64,000 nt of DNA, taken from NCBI GenBank assembly GCA_051252375.1, contig JBPOFY010000002.1:32001-96000 (forward strand). The letters run 5' to 3'. The position numbers and the translations under genes were made by a program. This document shows, one piece after another, positions 1-9,783 of this stretch. Positions within the stretch are counted from its first letter, which is position 1. Each line of letters opens with the position of its first letter. The stretch is from Opitutaceae bacterium (lineage in GTDB: Bacteria > Verrucomicrobiota > Verrucomicrobiia > Opitutales > Coraliomargaritaceae). The notes below the pieces were generated by a model, which saw nothing but the letters and a program-made list of their open reading frames with translations, searched no databases and was not told where the DNA came from.

Positions 1-549
1 GCACACGCGTGTGGGGCGCAAATCGTGCTCGGACTGCTCGTGGCCTTAACCATCACATCGTCGAGACGCTGGATCGAGCGTGATGCGGGCTTAACCATGG
101 CAGTGCCTCAATCGATCAAAACGTGGGGCGCGCTCACTTGCGTGGGTATTTTCTTACAAATTTTGGTCGGTGCAATCATGCGCCACGCCAATGCCGGGCT
201 TGCGATCGCGCAATTCCCCATGTCTCGCCCCGGCAGTCTATTCCCTGCGGAGTGGAATTTCGGCATCAGCATCCACTTTGCACACCGAATCGGAGCGATT
301 GCAGTGACCATCCTTTTACTGGGCTTTCTTGGGAAGGTATGGGGGCATGCACCCACAAGAAAGGCATTTTCCGGATTTGCCGTGGCGATTACACTGCTCC
401 TCACATTACAGATCTATTTAGGTGCACTGACGATTTGGACAGTGAAGAATCCGTATGTTGCGACATCTCACGCGCTGATTGGCGCTTTTCTACTTGCCAG
501 CACGTGGGCGCTTACTTTGCTTGCGCACCGTTCCCCTCGTATGCAGTAA
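1..549 (+). CDS. ctaA: Heme A synthase (COX15/CtaA family), C-terminal part; gene starts before the window
   Basis: Frame is open from base 1 (AHACGAQIVLG...). Multi-TM protein with QILVGAIMRH..AGLA, IHFAHR and ATSH heme-ligand motifs, directly upstream of ctaB. Confidence 0.85.
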   Translation, partial: AHACGAQIVLGLLVALTITSSRRWIERDAGLTMAVPQSIKTWGALTCVGIFLQILVGAIMRHANAGLAIAQFPMSRPGSLFPAEWNFGISIHFAHRIGAIAVTILLLGFLGKVWGHAPTRKAFSGFAVAITLLLTLQIYLGALTIWTVKNPYVATSHALIGAFLLASTWALTLLAHRSPRMQ

Positions 550-598
550 GCCTACCAGTTCTATCTGCAGCGGAACGCATCCACCTTCCATACACCCA

Positions 599-1522
599 TT
601 GAGCCAGCAACCTATAGAGACACCTGCTTTCACGGATTCCAACGAATCCGAAGTTTCGTTGCGTGCGCGCTTAGAAGATTTCTACGAATTAACAAAGCCA
701 CGCTTGAGCTTTCTTTCGGTCATCACAGCCGTAGTGGGCTATCTTGCTGCTGACCCTACACGTAACCTTGGTGTGTTATTCAGCTTATTGATCGGCACTT
801 CTTTTGCCGCGGGTGGCGCAGCAGTGCTCAACCAATGGCTCGAACGCGAGGCTGATGCGAAAATGGTGCGAACGAAAGATCGCCCCATCCCTGCAGGTCG
901 CGTCCACCCGATGCACGCCTTTATCTACGGGCTCGGCCTCAGTGTATTGGGCTGTTACATACTTTACGCTGGTGCCAATCTTCTCGCCGGCACTTTGACT
1001 GCCGCGACGATCGCATCTTACGTTTTACTCTACACACCGCTGAAGCGACTCACTACTTGGAATACCTTAGTAGGTGCCATTCCTGGTGCATTGCCACCAC
1101 TCATCGGTTGGGCTGCGGCCGAAGGTCGCATCAGCACACTGGGTTGGATCCTATTTGCCATTCTCTTTCTCTGGCAAATGCCACACTTCTTCGCCATCGC
1201 CTGGACGCATCGTAAAGACTACGCGCAAGGCGGCTTCATCATGCTTTCCAATGCGGATGCCCATGGTCGCAAAGTGGCGATACAAGCGTTCGTATTTTGC
1301 CTCGCACTGGTCATCAGCACACTACTGCCGACCATTCTAGGTTATGCGAGTTGGTTCTACGGCGTGATAGCAATGGTCGCCGGCATCTATATTTTACGCC
1401 CTTCGATCGCTTTTCTACAGGAAGCACAACGCGACACCGCAGCACGGAAACTATTCTTCGCTTCTATCTTTTACCTGCCGGCACTCCTTCTGCCCTTGGT
1501 GCTGGATCTTTGGTTAATTTAG
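599..1522 (+). CDS. ctaB: Heme O synthase (protoheme IX farnesyltransferase)
   Basis: LTKPR, NQWLERE.D.KM.RT..RP, YT.LKR and GAIPGALPPLIGW, WQMPHF motifs. The ORF track starts at 479, overlapping ctaA; TTG at 599 is the more plausible start. Confidence 0.93.
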   Translation: MSQQPIETPAFTDSNESEVSLRARLEDFYELTKPRLSFLSVITAVVGYLAADPTRNLGVLFSLLIGTSFAAGGAAVLNQWLEREADAKMVRTKDRPIPAGRVHPMHAFIYGLGLSVLGCYILYAGANLLAGTLTAATIASYVLLYTPLKRLTTWNTLVGAIPGALPPLIGWAAAEGRISTLGWILFAILFLWQMPHFFAIAWTHRKDYAQGGFIMLSNADAHGRKVAIQAFVFCLALVISTLLPTILGYASWFYGVIAMVAGIYILRPSIAFLQEAQRDTAARKLFFASIFYLPALLLPLVLDLWLI

Positions 1523-1539
1523 ACTATTGGTGACGAATC

Positions 1540-1968
1540 ATGTCATTCACAGAAACGCTCCCCACCATCAACGCCTGCCTAAACGGCACTTCGACGTTGT
1601 TGCTAACTGCCGGATTCATCTGCATTAAAACCGGCAAGGAAACAGCACATAGGGTCTGCATGGTAGCAGCTTTTTCTGTTTCCATCATCTTCCTATTTTT
1701 CTATGTCCTACATAAATGGCTAGTCAAAGGAGTGCATACCAGCTTTCTGGGCGAAGGTCTCTGGCGAGAGTTTTACTACGCCATGCTCGCCAGCCATATC
1801 ATTCTAGCGATGGCCATCGTGCCTCTAGTGTTGGTAACGATCAGTTATGCCATTCGCGAAAAACGCGAGAAACACCGCGCGTGGGCACGATGGACCTTTC
1901 CGATCTGGTATTACGTCTCCATAACTGGAGTGCTCGTGTATATGTTCCTCTACCAGTGGTTCCAATAG
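1540..1968 (+). CDS. DUF420 (CtaM/YozB-like) oxidase assembly membrane protein
   Basis: LPTINA.LN, H...M, FL.FY, H..LA, HR..ARWT.PIW.YVS.TG..VY motifs; lies in the cta cluster. Confidence 0.85.
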   Translation: MSFTETLPTINACLNGTSTLLLTAGFICIKTGKETAHRVCMVAAFSVSIIFLFFYVLHKWLVKGVHTSFLGEGLWREFYYAMLASHIILAMAIVPLVLVTISYAIREKREKHRAWARWTFPIWYYVSITGVLVYMFLYQWFQ

Positions 1969-1972
1969 TCGC

Positions 1973-2485
1973 TCACTCGACTCGCATCACACCGCGCATG
2001 CCCGCAAAACAGTGGGCCGGAAATGTGCACAGGTAGACATAATCACCCGGTGCAGGTGCAACAAATTCAATCGTATCCTTTTCGCCCGGACCCAGTAATT
2101 TTGTATGGGCGATCACAGAATCTGCCTCAGTTTGGGGAATAAAGTCAGCATCGCTCACCTTGGATGCAGTCGTCGCATAAGCATTTGCATTAACGCCTTG
2201 CTTTAAGATTACGACATTGTGCCCCATCGTGGCTTTGGGCATATTGCCCGTATTCTCAAAAATGATACGCACCGGTTGCCCGGTTTTCACCGTGAACTCG
2301 GTCAGCGAAAATCGCATCCGATCATTGCCAGTAAAATATACCTCCGTCACTCCGTCGACCAGTTCAACACGAGATGAGGCAGGAACCGTCGAATTTCCCT
2401 GACCTGCGGCATCATCGCCTTGTTTAGGTTTGCAGCCTAAACAACAAAGAAGCGCAGACAGTAAGCATAAATTGAACGATTTCAT
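1973..2485 (-). CDS. Azurin/auracyanin-like blue copper protein, probable lipoprotein
   Basis: GND.M.F, MGHN.V, HTKLLGPGE and CTFPAH....M type-1 Cu ligands; lipobox-like LLCCLGC after MKSFN (start taken at 2485). Confidence 0.85.
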   Translation of the reverse strand: MKSFNLCLLSALLCCLGCKPKQGDDAAGQGNSTVPASSRVELVDGVTEVYFTGNDRMRFSLTEFTVKTGQPVRIIFENTGNMPKATMGHNVVILKQGVNANAYATTASKVSDADFIPQTEADSVIAHTKLLGPGEKDTIEFVAPAPGDYVYLCTFPAHCFAGMRGVMRVE

Positions 2486-2708
2486 ACCCGCAAACAGTTG
2501 TTCAATTGGCGAACTTTGCAAATTCGATATGACCCACAGCACAAAAAAGCTGTAATTAACGTTTCTAATAAGGAACTTAAGGACTACTGATTGACGTCAT
2601 AATTTGAAGATATTCTTGTCAGTCATCATTACCCCCATTAATCCATACCTTTTGGATACCTTATAGGTATCTACTTTCTACCATTAACTCACCGAACTAA
2701 CAACACCC

Positions 2709-4031
2709 GTGAAGAAGCTTTCCAACGGATACAGCCGTTTTATTTCTTTCGCTACAGCGCTCCTCGCTCTCACTTTTTTGAGCGGTTGTGATTTGAACAC
2801 CCGGATGTCGACATTCGACACGAAAGGCCCCATCGCCGAAGCGCAATTGGACCTCTTCATGTTAACTGTCTGGGTCACAGGATTCATTTTCCTAGCGGTG
2901 GGTGGCGTCTATGTATACGCCGTCATCAAATTTCGCGAGAAGCCAAATGACGATAGCCCATTGCCCGCTCAAGGACACGGCAACCCTCTAGTCGAGATCG
3001 GCTTGATCGGTGCGTCGGTATTGCTGCTAGTGATCATTGCAGTCCCCACACTCAAGGGGATCTGGTATACACATACGACGCCCAACAATACTTATAGCCA
3101 ACTCGGCACTTGGTATGAAGGCGATGACTTAGCAGCCGAAGCCGAAGAGGAAATCCTCGTGATCCGCGTGATCGGCTACCAGTGGTGGTGGGAATTTGAA
3201 TACCCACAATTTGGTATCAACACAGGTAATGAGATGATCATTCCCGCGGGCAAGGCAGTTCACTTGGAACTTCGCTCCGTCGACGTGATCCACTCGTTCT
3301 GGCTGCCACGTATCGCAGGTAAGGTCGACTTGATCCCTGGTCGCGCCAACAGCATGTGGATACAAGCTGGCGATGACTTTGATACATGGGTCGAAAAGAA
3401 CGGCATCGAAGGCGGTGAAGTCGAACTTCAACAAGCCTACGCCACATACCTCGAAACAGAGATCCACAACTACTACTATGGACAATGCGCCGAGTATTGT
3501 GGCGACTCGCACGCTCGCATGCTTTTCCGCACCACAGTCGTGGGTGATGACGAATTTGCTGATTGGGTGGCCAGCCAAAAGACAGGCCATACCGCACCGG
3601 AAGATAAAAGTTGGGATGAATGGTATAAAACCTACGACAGTCACCCCGAATCGCTCACCGGCGATGTCAACGAAGGCCTCAAATTATTTGTTGGACGCGG
3701 CAAATGTATCGCCTGCCACTCAGTTCAAGGCAACCCACGTGCACTCGGTGTCGCAGGTCCCGATTTGACAATGGTAGCCTCTCGTCAATCACTCGCAGCT
3801 GGCTGGCTCAATCACCGCGCAGAAGACGGCTCCATCGATACTGAGAAGCAATACGAGAATTTCTTTAAATGGATCAAAGAGCCCGATGTCGTGAAGCCCG
3901 GCAACTTAATGTGGAAATCCAATGGCAATGGTATTGGCGAATTAGTCGACCCTGTGGATCCTAAAAAAATCAAACTCTTGACCGACGACGAAGTCCGCAA
4001 GATCTCCCTTTACCTGCAAACTCTTAAGTAA
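2709..4031 (+). CDS. ctaC: Cytochrome c oxidase subunit II with fused C-terminal cytochrome c (caa3 type)
   Basis: Lipobox LSGC, two TM helices, QWWW, DVIHSFW, CuA motif CAEYCGDSHARM, heme c motif CIACH, GPDLT and KPG..M. Confidence 0.95.
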   Translation: MKKLSNGYSRFISFATALLALTFLSGCDLNTRMSTFDTKGPIAEAQLDLFMLTVWVTGFIFLAVGGVYVYAVIKFREKPNDDSPLPAQGHGNPLVEIGLIGASVLLLVIIAVPTLKGIWYTHTTPNNTYSQLGTWYEGDDLAAEAEEEILVIRVIGYQWWWEFEYPQFGINTGNEMIIPAGKAVHLELRSVDVIHSFWLPRIAGKVDLIPGRANSMWIQAGDDFDTWVEKNGIEGGEVELQQAYATYLETEIHNYYYGQCAEYCGDSHARMLFRTTVVGDDEFADWVASQKTGHTAPEDKSWDEWYKTYDSHPESLTGDVNEGLKLFVGRGKCIACHSVQGNPRALGVAGPDLTMVASRQSLAAGWLNHRAEDGSIDTEKQYENFFKWIKEPDVVKPGNLMWKSNGNGIGELVDPVDPKKIKLLTDDEVRKISLYLQTLK

Positions 4032-4040
4032 GCTTTCAAC

Positions 4041-6023
4041 ATGAGCACAACGGTTACAGAAACACCCGAAACTTCGACCCAGTATGGGTCGCATGTCCTC
4101 AAACCCGAGCGCAGCAATCTTGGATTGATGCGGCCCGACCACGGCAAAAGCGTGTTAATCGACTGGTTGACTACGGTCGACCACAAGAAAATCGGTATCA
4201 TGTATGGCACAATTGCCCTCTTCTTCCTCCTAGTCGGTGGTGTTGAGGCCTTGATTATCCGCACACAGCTAGCCTTCCCCGAAAACGATTTGATTTCGGC
4301 GCAGCGCTACAACCAGCTCTTCACAATGCATGGCACGACGATGATTTTCCTCGCCATCATGCCGCTCAACGCAGCCTTCTTCAATTTCCTCGTGCCCCTG
4401 CAAATCGGTGCGCGCGACGTGGCCTTCCCTCGAATTAATAGCTTCAGCCTTTGGGCATTTGTCGCTGGGGCACTCGTCATCAACTTCGGCTGGCTACTCC
4501 AGCTGCTAGAAGTGATGGGGGTTTTCAATGCTTCCGGTCCAACTGCTGGAATGAACGACTTCGTGCCGTCAATGGGTTGGTTCGGTTATGCACCAATTAC
4601 AGGCATAGAATTCACCGGTGCAGGCACTGATTTCTGGATCATGGGTCTACAGATACTCGGTATCGCTTCGCTTTCCGCGGCGATGAACTTCGTGGTCACC
4701 ATTATCAACATGCGTGCCGTTGGTATGAAAATGATGCGCCTGCCTGTCTTCACATGGATGACACTGATTGTTTCGCTATTAATCGTATTCGCTTTCCCTG
4801 CGATCACCATCGCGCTCGCGCAGCTCATGTTTGACCGTGTGTTTGGCACCAATTTCTTCGTCACCGCAGGTGGCGGTCAGCCGATCCTCTGGCAGCACCT
4901 TTTCTGGATCTTTGGTCACCCAGAAGTTTACATCCTCGTGCTGCCTGCAATGGGCATTGTCTCTGAAGTCCTACCAGCCTTCTCCAAGAAGCCACTGTTC
5001 GGTTATGCGATCGTTGTCTTTTCTGGCGCGGTGATCGGCTTTCTCGGGTTTGCGGTTTGGTCGCACCACATGTTTACAACTGGTCTCGGTAAAGTTGCCA
5101 CAGCTGCGTTCTCACTCTTAACGATGGCAATTGCGGTGCCAACTGGGGTGAAGATTTTCAACTGGGTCGGCACGCTTTGGGGCGGTCGTGTGCGCTTCTC
5201 TGCCCCGATGATTTTCGCACTCGGCTTCGTCTGGATGTTTATGATGGGCGGACTCTCCGGAATCATGCACTCCTCCGCACCAGCCGATGCGCAGCAACAA
5301 GATAGTTATTTTGTGATCGCTCACTTCCACTATGTCGCGATCGGCGGCATCTTCCTCGCGGTGGTTTCCGGCATCTATTTCTGGTTGCCTAAGATTTGCG
5401 GTAAGATGTGGAAAGGGAATCTCAGCACATGGGTCGCGATCTTCTCCACCGTTGGACTAAATGTTACTTTCTTCCCCATGCACTTCCTCGGGTTGCTGGG
5501 CATGCCTCGCCGCACACACACCTACCTTGAGGGCTTTGGCTGGGAAACTTACAATCTCGTCTGCACCATCGGTGCCTACATCCTAGCATTCGGCATCTTC
5601 CTTCTTGTGGTCGACATCATCCGCTGCCTCAAGAGCGGTGAACCTGCCGGCGATGACCCTTGGGATGCGCGAACACTGGAGTGGACGACGACCTCCCCTC
5701 CGCAAGTTTATAACTTTGCCCGTAATCCCATCATCCCTGCGCGTGATGCGCTCTGGGAACATAAATACGGTCCCGAGAATCGTAAGATCACTTACGAAGC
5801 AGATGATGGCCATGGCATTCATATGCCAAGTCAGTCTTGGATGCCAATGATCGCTTCACTCGGTTTCGTGCCACTCGGACTGGGGCTTTCAATGATGCAA
5901 GCCGGGGTCGCAAACATGGGCTATGTCGCTATCTTTGGTCTTCTTATGATCGTATTGGGAGTGATCCTCTGGGCACTCGAAGGTCCGGGCGGTTACCACC
6001 TACACCCAGAAGAAGAGAACTAA
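4041..6023 (+). CDS. ctaD: Cytochrome c oxidase subunit I (A1 type) with a 2-TM C-terminal extension
   Basis: TVDHKKIG, HGTTM, GHPEVY, WSHH, AHFHY and GMPRR motifs; IHMPSQSW tail followed by two extra helices. Confidence 0.97.
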   Translation: MSTTVTETPETSTQYGSHVLKPERSNLGLMRPDHGKSVLIDWLTTVDHKKIGIMYGTIALFFLLVGGVEALIIRTQLAFPENDLISAQRYNQLFTMHGTTMIFLAIMPLNAAFFNFLVPLQIGARDVAFPRINSFSLWAFVAGALVINFGWLLQLLEVMGVFNASGPTAGMNDFVPSMGWFGYAPITGIEFTGAGTDFWIMGLQILGIASLSAAMNFVVTIINMRAVGMKMMRLPVFTWMTLIVSLLIVFAFPAITIALAQLMFDRVFGTNFFVTAGGGQPILWQHLFWIFGHPEVYILVLPAMGIVSEVLPAFSKKPLFGYAIVVFSGAVIGFLGFAVWSHHMFTTGLGKVATAAFSLLTMAIAVPTGVKIFNWVGTLWGGRVRFSAPMIFALGFVWMFMMGGLSGIMHSSAPADAQQQDSYFVIAHFHYVAIGGIFLAVVSGIYFWLPKICGKMWKGNLSTWVAIFSTVGLNVTFFPMHFLGLLGMPRRTHTYLEGFGWETYNLVCTIGAYILAFGIFLLVVDIIRCLKSGEPAGDDPWDARTLEWTTTSPPQVYNFARNPIIPARDALWEHKYGPENRKITYEADDGHGIHMPSQSWMPMIASLGFVPLGLGLSMMQAGVANMGYVAIFGLLMIVLGVILWALEGPGGYHLHPEEEN

Positions 6024-6055
6024 ACCTTTTCCATCATTATTAAGTTATTTTTGCA

Positions 6056-6670
6056 ATGAGCGACACTGCCACAGCACACCACGAAGACGGACATAAAAGT
6101 CTGATCATCGACAACAAGAAGCTACTCATGTGGCTTTTCCTCGGCTCCGACTGTATGTTCTTCGGAACATTGATTTCGACCCACTTGATCTATCGGAAAA
6201 TCAACCCGACAGAAATTGATCCAACGGTCAACTTGTTCAGCCTAGAGCTCACTTCGTTTTCGACCTTCATCCTGTTGATGAGTTCGTTCCTAATGGCGCT
6301 AGCGGTATCCGCGATGCACAAGGGGCAAATCAAGAGCTTCCGTCGCAATGTAATCGGCGTGATATTCTTCGGTTTGATTTTCCTCGGCTGCCAAGTGTAT
6401 GAGTTCACCGAGTTCGTCCATCTCGGCCTCAAACTCGACACTGGGACCTTCGGATCGACCTTCTACTTGATGACCGGCACACACGGTGTGCACGTTGCCA
6501 TCGGTATATTCTGGCTAATCTGCATGTATTTTTACTCCTACACAGGTAAAATGGATGCCCACGAAAGCGCAGTGGATGTAGAAGTCGCCGGTTTGTATTG
6601 GCACTTTGTCGACATCGTCTGGATTATCATTTTCACCGTTGTTTATCTAATCGAATTTATCGGTAAGTAA
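6056..6670 (+). CDS. ctaE: Cytochrome c oxidase subunit III (short 5-TM form)
   Basis: MWLFL.S..MFF, TG.HG.HV and GLYWHFVD.VW motifs. Confidence 0.95.
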   Translation: MSDTATAHHEDGHKSLIIDNKKLLMWLFLGSDCMFFGTLISTHLIYRKINPTEIDPTVNLFSLELTSFSTFILLMSSFLMALAVSAMHKGQIKSFRRNVIGVIFFGLIFLGCQVYEFTEFVHLGLKLDTGTFGSTFYLMTGTHGVHVAIGIFWLICMYFYSYTGKMDAHESAVDVEVAGLYWHFVDIVWIIIFTVVYLIEFIGK

Positions 6671-6700
6671 CCCGTCTTATTAATCATTAGCCATATCACT

Positions 6701-7072
6701 ATGTCACAAGCTGATTATAATCCTTTACCAGTTTCCCCCACAGTAGACCACAGTGGCGAAAACGAGAAATACCACGTTTTCGTTAATCTCGCTCTCGCGC
6801 TAGCCGCGATCACCGGCGTTGAATTGGTGCTGGTATATCTACCTTTTAACGAAGCCTTCATCTTTACCGTGCTGATTTCGCTATCGTTGTTTAAGTTCGT
6901 AGCCGTTATCGCATGGTTCATGCACCTGATCTATGACAAATTGCTGCTCACGCTTGCATTCGGGACGGGATTGGTGATTGCTGCAGGCACCTACACTGCA
7001 CTCCTTTTCTTGTTTTCGACCGCTCGTGTCGCACCACATGAAATACCAGGCATAATACCGCCGGGTATGTAA
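6701..7072 (+). CDS. ctaF: Cytochrome c oxidase subunit IV family protein
   Basis: Three TM helices, LA.IT.VE and KF..V..WFMHL.YD motifs; position after subunit III. Confidence 0.85.
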   Translation: MSQADYNPLPVSPTVDHSGENEKYHVFVNLALALAAITGVELVLVYLPFNEAFIFTVLISLSLFKFVAVIAWFMHLIYDKLLLTLAFGTGLVIAAGTYTALLFLFSTARVAPHEIPGIIPPGM

Positions 7073-7092
7073 GGCATAAAATTCTAGCTTTT

Positions 7093-7130
7093 AAAGGACG
7101 ACGGAGTAAATTCGTCGTCCTTTCTTTTTT
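7093..7130 (+). terminator. Intrinsic terminator between ctaF and ctaG
   Basis: Hairpin AAAGGACGACG...CGTCGTCCTTT followed by a T-rich run. Confidence 0.7.
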
Positions 7131-7135
7131 CTATC

Positions 7136-7942
7136 ATGCAATTACACTGGCATACCGAGCCGCTACTACTGATTTCGCTTTTGCTGGTCGGGTGGCTCTA
7201 CGCATTGGGCACAGGGCCATTACGTAGTCGGATCGCATTCGGTGAAGCCTTCCCCACTGGTAAGGCTGTGCTCTTTTACTGCGGTCTCATCATCACTTAT
7301 CTGGCAGTAGGCTCTCCACTCGATCAAATCGGAGAGCAATTTCTATTCTGTGCGCACATGACCCAGCACATGCTGTTGATATACCTTGCCCCGACACTGT
7401 TCATCTTCGGCACACCTGCTTGGCTAATTGATTGGCTGCTCAAGCCAGAAGCCCTCCGTAAAGTCATGTCCGTGCTCACGCACCCTCTTTTCGGCGGCTT
7501 TGTTTTCACGTTTGTCTATACTGCTTGGCACGTGCCTCTGCTCTATGAATTGGCACTGCACGATAAGCGAATCCATATACTAGAGCACTGGACGATGTTT
7601 GGCCTCGGCATTCTCATGCTATGGCCCTACTTGACCCTCTCCAAGCGAGTGCCGCGTCGCGCGTTCGGACTGCGAATGGTCGCGATATTCCTGCTCATGG
7701 TCGGTCAATTACCGGTCTTTGCGTTTCTTACTTTTGCCGGTGAAGCGATTTACCCCACCTACCTCTGGGCACCCCGTATCATTGACCTAGACCCAATCAA
7801 TGACCAAATACTGGGGGGTATCATCATGAAAGTCGTTAATATGGGATTTTCGCTTACAATTTTGGGCACAGCCTTTTATGCTTGGGCAAAAAGTGAAGAA
7901 GCACCCGAAAGCCCACTCACCGCGAAAACACCTGCTCACTAA
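7136..7942 (+). CDS. ctaG: caa3-type oxidase assembly factor (Bacillus-type CtaG)
   Basis: GSPLD, LF.AHM.QHM, WH.P..Y, H.LEH and DQ.LGG..MK motifs. Confidence 0.88.
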   Translation: MQLHWHTEPLLLISLLLVGWLYALGTGPLRSRIAFGEAFPTGKAVLFYCGLIITYLAVGSPLDQIGEQFLFCAHMTQHMLLIYLAPTLFIFGTPAWLIDWLLKPEALRKVMSVLTHPLFGGFVFTFVYTAWHVPLLYELALHDKRIHILEHWTMFGLGILMLWPYLTLSKRVPRRAFGLRMVAIFLLMVGQLPVFAFLTFAGEAIYPTYLWAPRIIDLDPINDQILGGIIMKVVNMGFSLTILGTAFYAWAKSEEAPESPLTAKTPAH

Positions 7943-7964
7943 TTTTATTAACAGACCTAAATAA

Positions 7965-9782
7965 ATGACCTGGGAAATTATCTTTGTGTTTACACTGCTG
8001 ATTCTGGCTATTGTCAGTTTCGTATGGGAGCGCATACCTGCAGATCTCACCTCGCTGACGGTCTTTGGCGTGCTCTTATTTGTGAGTATGGCCACTCACA
8101 GCGAGCACCTCCCCTCACTGGAGACGACCTTAAGTGTATTTAGTAATTCCGCAGCCATTACGATTGCTGCGATGTTTATTGTCAGCGGCGCACTCGAACG
8201 CACCGGCGCCATCGATTTAATCACATCATATTTACGCAAACTAGTTAAACTCCCATACAAGGGGTTCATCTTTGTCATGGTAATCGGCGTCGCTGCGGTT
8301 TCAGCTTTCGTCAACAACACGCCCGTCGTCATTGTATTGATGCCAGTCATCCTATCACTGTCGCGTGAAATGGGCGTCGCCTCATCGAAACTTCTCATTC
8401 CGCTATCATACGCCTCTATATTTGGTGGCACGTGCACACTACTCGGCACCAGCACAAATCTCTTGGCCAGCGGCATCCTCAGAGATGCCGGGCATGCCCC
8501 GATCGGCATGTTCGAACTGGCTGCTGTCGGCTTACCGATTTTGGCATTCGGCACTATCTATCTCGTTCTTTTCGGCAATAAACTACTACCCCATCGCGAA
8601 ACACTCACTTCGATACTGAGCGCCGAAGAACGCAAAGAATTTATCACGGAAGCCTTCGTTCGTGCTGGATCAGACTTGCACGGTCAAACCGCAAAAGAGA
8701 GCGGGATGCTCAAAGGTCGCGGCATTCGCCTTCTCGAAATCGTTCGCCATGGTGTGGCGGTGCAAGGAAACCCGAAGGACATAAAGTTGCAATATGGCGA
8801 CCGCTTGGTCCTCGCCTGCCGCCCGTCCGGTGTCGCCGAAGCGCATTCGATGAAAGGCATCACGATCCAAGCCGAACTCACTGAAGGGCTAGAAACGATC
8901 GCCACCGACGAAGGTGCCATCGTCGAGGGTATCGTTGCGCCCCATGCATCCATTGCAGGAAAAACACTCGAGGAAATAAATTTCCGCCAACGTTTCCGTA
9001 TGGTCGTCGTCGCCGTCCACCGCAAAGGAACCAATCAACGTGAGCGCCTTGGCAGCCTACGTCTTATTCAAGGTGACACACTCCTCATGATGGGTTCGAC
9101 CGATGCCATCAATTCCCTCGCGAACAGTGAAGAAATTATCATTTTGGACCGCCCGCGGGTACCGGCACGCAGTCTGCGGGTAAAAATGCCCATCGCGATC
9201 GGCACCACCATCGGCATCGTCACACTAGCCACTCTCAACGTCGTTCCCATTGTAGCAGCAGTCGCACTGGGCGTCGCATTACTACTACTCACGGGCTGCA
9301 TGAAGCCGAAGGATGCTTATGCCTCCGTGGAATGGAGTATTCTAATTATCATTTTCGGCATGCTGGCACTCGGCCAAGCAATGGACTCAACTGGAGCGAG
9401 CCTATTGATCGCCGGCAACATGACTGATCTAGTCAAAAGCATTGCCCCCGAACATTTACAGAACGTAATGATGCTCGCATTCATCTACATTATTACATCC
9501 ACGTTCACTGAGTTCCTCTCGAATAATGCCGCCGTAGCCCTAATGGTGCCGATTGCGCTAGGAATCGCGGCAACGCTAGGCGTCGACCCTCGCCCCTTTG
9601 TCGTCGGTAGCTGTATTGCTGCATCAGCAAGCTTTGCGACTCCGATCGGATACCAAACCAATACTTACGTGTATGGTGTCGGTGGCTATAAATTCGCCGA
9701 CTTCACCAAAGTCGGTCTGCCACTCAATATTATCTGCTTTATCGTAACAGTATTTGTCGTTCCCATGTTCTGGGAATTCTAA
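7965..9782 (+). CDS. SLC13/CitMHS-family permease with two TrkA-C domains (sulfate/dicarboxylate)
   Basis: SAF.NNT.VV, LLIPLSY, GG..TL.GTSTN, F.SNNA.V and TPIGYQTN motifs; central soluble TrkA-C repeats. Confidence 0.88.
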   Translation: MTWEIIFVFTLLILAIVSFVWERIPADLTSLTVFGVLLFVSMATHSEHLPSLETTLSVFSNSAAITIAAMFIVSGALERTGAIDLITSYLRKLVKLPYKGFIFVMVIGVAAVSAFVNNTPVVIVLMPVILSLSREMGVASSKLLIPLSYASIFGGTCTLLGTSTNLLASGILRDAGHAPIGMFELAAVGLPILAFGTIYLVLFGNKLLPHRETLTSILSAEERKEFITEAFVRAGSDLHGQTAKESGMLKGRGIRLLEIVRHGVAVQGNPKDIKLQYGDRLVLACRPSGVAEAHSMKGITIQAELTEGLETIATDEGAIVEGIVAPHASIAGKTLEEINFRQRFRMVVVAVHRKGTNQRERLGSLRLIQGDTLLMMGSTDAINSLANSEEIIILDRPRVPARSLRVKMPIAIGTTIGIVTLATLNVVPIVAAVALGVALLLLTGCMKPKDAYASVEWSILIIIFGMLALGQAMDSTGASLLIAGNMTDLVKSIAPEHLQNVMMLAFIYIITSTFTEFLSNNAAVALMVPIALGIAATLGVDPRPFVVGSCIAASASFATPIGYQTNTYVYGVGGYKFADFTKVGLPLNIICFIVTVFVVPMFWEF

Positions 9783-9783
9783 G

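Noticed and set aside
479..598. N-terminal extension of ctaB overlapping ctaA, or a ctaA-ctaB frameshift fusion
   Set aside because: ctaA ends normally at 549, a TTG start at 599 gives a typical CtaB length, and no slippery site is evident.
2616..2629. FNR-like box TTGTC-AGTC-ATCAT upstream of ctaC
   Set aside because: Only 7 of 10 consensus positions match in an AT-rich region; not distinguishable from chance.
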